Below are positions 18,219 through 20,536 of a DNA stretch of 20,536 bases, piece by piece; position 1 is the first letter of the stretch; every line of letters starts with the position of its first letter. The stretch lies in the NCBI GenBank assembly GCA_009602735.1, contig WELA01002296.1:267972-288507 (forward strand), read 5' to 3'. The DNA is from Mesotaenium endlicherianum (taxonomy: Eukaryota). A model generated the notes under the pieces. It did no database searches and was not told the DNA's origin. It was given only the letters and a program-made list of their open reading frames with translations. The position numbers and the translations under genes were made by a program.

Positions 18219-20442
18219 CTAGCAGGCAGAGTTGCGGCAGCTGGAGCATGACGGAGGGGCAGGAGGCCTGGGGGTGGGGCGCCTGGTGTCTTTAAACAGC
18301 TGCCTGGCGCCAGCTGGCAGCAGCCTGCGGCAAAGGGAGCCAGCTGCGTACTGCCTGTAGTTGTGGCACCAACGGCCCGACTTATCGTCGTCGTACCAGC
18401 GGCCATCATCGCGGCGCTTGCACGTGCAACGCAGGGAGACCGCCACGCGGCGCCCCAGAGCGAGGAGGCCGTCCAGGTGGCGGAGCAGGCGGCAGCTCCA
18501 CAGGTGGAGCGCACGCACCGTGCGCATGTGCGCCCCGCAAATGTGCCACACGGGCCCCCCCTTCTCCACCCTCGCCCCCGCCCTATCCTCTCTTCCTTCC
18601 TCCTCCTCGCCGTAGTTCTCCAGGGACAGAGTTAGGGAGGTCAGCCGCGTGAGATACTGTAGTGAAAGAGATGGATAAAGTACTTAGTAAAATAGAATAC
18701 TTTATCTATTCAAGACAAGGATCTTTGAACATAAGTGGTAGCTTCTTGAAAGAGAGATGACTTCTTGAGAGTTAATGTATTTCTGGAATTTGGCACGTAC
18801 AAGAGTGATTCTCCAATGTCTTTCTATGTTCTAGCTCTTGTTTATATACTTGCTACATAAGTAATTTCTAGGAAGGTGTATGTTGATGTGTTGGCACCCA
18901 ACACATCCCAAAACTTGCCACCTCTTTCTAGAATAATTTACACATGTCCTTTTGACCTAAAAATGGCACATTTGACTTTTGCCACATGGAGTTCTTCTAC
19001 GTCCTTCCTCTAACTTCGAAAATGCCGTAGAAGGTTCAAAGGATATGAACCAAGTCACTAGAGTATCTATTCACACTTGACTCCACACAATACTACTCCA
19101 ATATATTCAAAAGCATTAAATACATGCAAACTAATATGTTATAACTCAAATCACTACAGATACTCCAAGCGGGGCCATGCCACCTGTGCTGCAGGAACCT
19201 CGATGCGGTAGCGCCACCTGTCCATCGAGGTAGGCCGGAAGAGGGTGAGGCGGAGCGAGCGCACATTGGGTGTGAACGCAAAGTAGTCGCGCTGGATGGC
19301 CGTCACGAAGGTCAAAGAGAGGTCCTCGAGGAGGGGCATCGGCCGTGTGTTTTGGGGAATGACGTCGAGGGCGAGCGTCGGAGGGAGGAGCTCAGCAGCA
19401 GCGGGCTCTCGGGGCCGTCTCCCCTGAGCCCTAATTGCTCGATCCAGCTGAGCCTCAGGGAGGACAGCTGGCTCATTTTGGACACCAGCTCCATCTCCTC
19501 GCCACCAAACTGGAGGACAGGAAGCAAGCTCAAGAGACAGAGGCAGAGGCAGGTGCAGATCAGGGGCAAGACGTCAAGAATCAGGAGCAGGTTAAAACTT
19601 TCAAAAATCATGCTATGAATCAAGTGCGGGGCCCGAGGATCAGAAAAGGACATGGTCTCCCAGAACTAGAATCTGGTCGAGAGATCCGGGCCAGCTCCGG
19701 GCAAATTCCTGGCCAGGTCCGGGCTCGGGGCCTGAGAGATTTGACAGAATGTCATTTTACGACGTTGAGCAATTTTATAGCAGCGACAATCAAGGTGTGC
19801 CTACTGCTAGGAGCCAAGGGAGGGGGCTCGTGCGCTCGGGGAAGCCTTCCTTCCGCGTTTAGTGTTGCAGCCAGCTGCCAGCTGTCACCGCGCGCACCTG
19901 GATGTCGACGACGCTGAGCTCCCTGAGGAGGCGTGTTTCGGAGCGTAGGCAGCGCAGCTGCTGGGGCTCCTCGCGCCCCCTCTGAGAGACGCTCAGCGCG
20001 ACAAACGCGGGCAGCTTGGTCAGCCAATGGGGCAAGGGATGCCATCCGATGACAATGATGCGCAGCTCCTGCAGGCTCGCCAGCTGTGCAACCGTGCGGT
20101 TGATGGGGACGTCATCGCCGAGATGGCCGTACCGGTCTCCGGGGTACCTGATTTGGCCGAAGTCGAGGGTCAGCTTGCTGAGCTGGACCTGCTTGGAGAA
20201 GTCAATGCCCTCCAGCGCCATCCAGTAGCCCACATCCACCTCCCACCATGGGTCCTCGCATTGTTCTTCCCCCTCCGTGTCGGCTATACCAAGGTGGAGC
20301 TCCCGGATGTCCGTCTTGAGGGAGAGGAACAGGGCAGGTGGCTCAGTTCCTCCTCGTCGCCGTTGAGTATTAGCTCAAAGGACGTGAGGAGGGGGAACCC
20401 CGTGGCCAGGCCTCTGGCAAAGCTCTCGCGGCTGAATATCAT
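18219..20442 (-). pseudogene. RNI-like leucine-rich-repeat (F-box/LRR-type) gene, 3' portion; two frameshifts and an exonic element insertion
   Basis: Serial LxxLxL repeats: FPLLTSFEL, IRELHL, LSKLTL, LASLQELRI, LRELSV, MSQLSSLRL, LxTLAL, MPLLEDLSL, VRSLRL, LTRLTSLTL, VRALHLWSC. Clean intron 19510-19897 (CAG|gtgcgc...ctccag|TTT). One base is missing near 20333 and another near 19379. The coding sequence is interrupted at 18657-19159. Confidence 0.75.
18657..19159. mobile_element. 503-bp AT-rich non-autonomous TIR element (MITE-like)
   Basis: Termini CTGTAGTGA...TCACTACAG, flanked by duplicated ATA (18654-18656 and 19160-19162). Removing it with one ATA restores the in-frame LRR sequence ...WPRLE-Y-LTRLTSL. 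It is sharply AT-rich against GC-rich flanks. Confidence 0.85.
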
Positions 20443-20460
20443 CTACAGAGACATGTGTCA

Positions 20461-20536
20461 CTGTAGTGATTTGAGTTATTATACATTAGTTTGCATATAT
20501 TTTAATGTTTTCAAATATATTTGAAGTAGTATGGTG
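20461..20536. mobile_element. Second copy of the same element, inverted, truncated by the window edge
   Basis: CTGTAGTGATTTGAGTTAT...TTAGTTTGCAT...GTAGTA is the reverse complement of about 19086-19159, with scattered mismatches. Confidence 0.85.

Noticed and set aside
19152..20468. CACTA transposon (CACTACAG...CTGTAGTG) carrying LRR exons
   Set aside because: The flanks (AAT, ATT) are not a direct duplication. Inverted similarity continues ~70 nt outside these ends, so the AT-rich flanks are the elements.
20027..20524. 165-aa + strand ORF
   Set aside because: Antisense shadow of the LRR exon running into the mobile element.

Overview
This is an intron-rich eukaryotic window. Its plant-type Haspin and ARMC7, GT-AG introns and degenerate AAACCCT motifs suggest a streptophyte alga or early-diverging plant, which is an inference. 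All gene models were spliced by hand. (1) The 5' part of a Haspin kinase gene lies on the - strand (ATG 4492, kinase exon 733-856, continuing off the left edge). (2) A divergent 3-exon + strand gene (5855-7334) encodes an unrecognised 188-aa protein with a transit-peptide-like N-terminus and a His/Cys-rich C-terminus. (3) A complete 7-exon ARMC7 gene lies on the - strand (9040-17024, 194 aa). (4) An RNI-like LRR gene on the - strand (18219-20442, 5' end outside the window) has two frameshifts and an exonic insertion, so it is probably a pseudogene. Two copies of an AT-rich element (one complete at 503 bp, one cut by the window edge) with CTGTAGTGA...TCACTACAG termini sit in this gene. The complete copy ends in a strong 3' splice site that could let it be spliced out in frame (introner-like). 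ARMC7 intron 3 is largely an array of decayed copies of its own 3' splice site and exon-4 start. Introns of three different genes are built from unrelated degenerate tandem units of about 100-120 nt.
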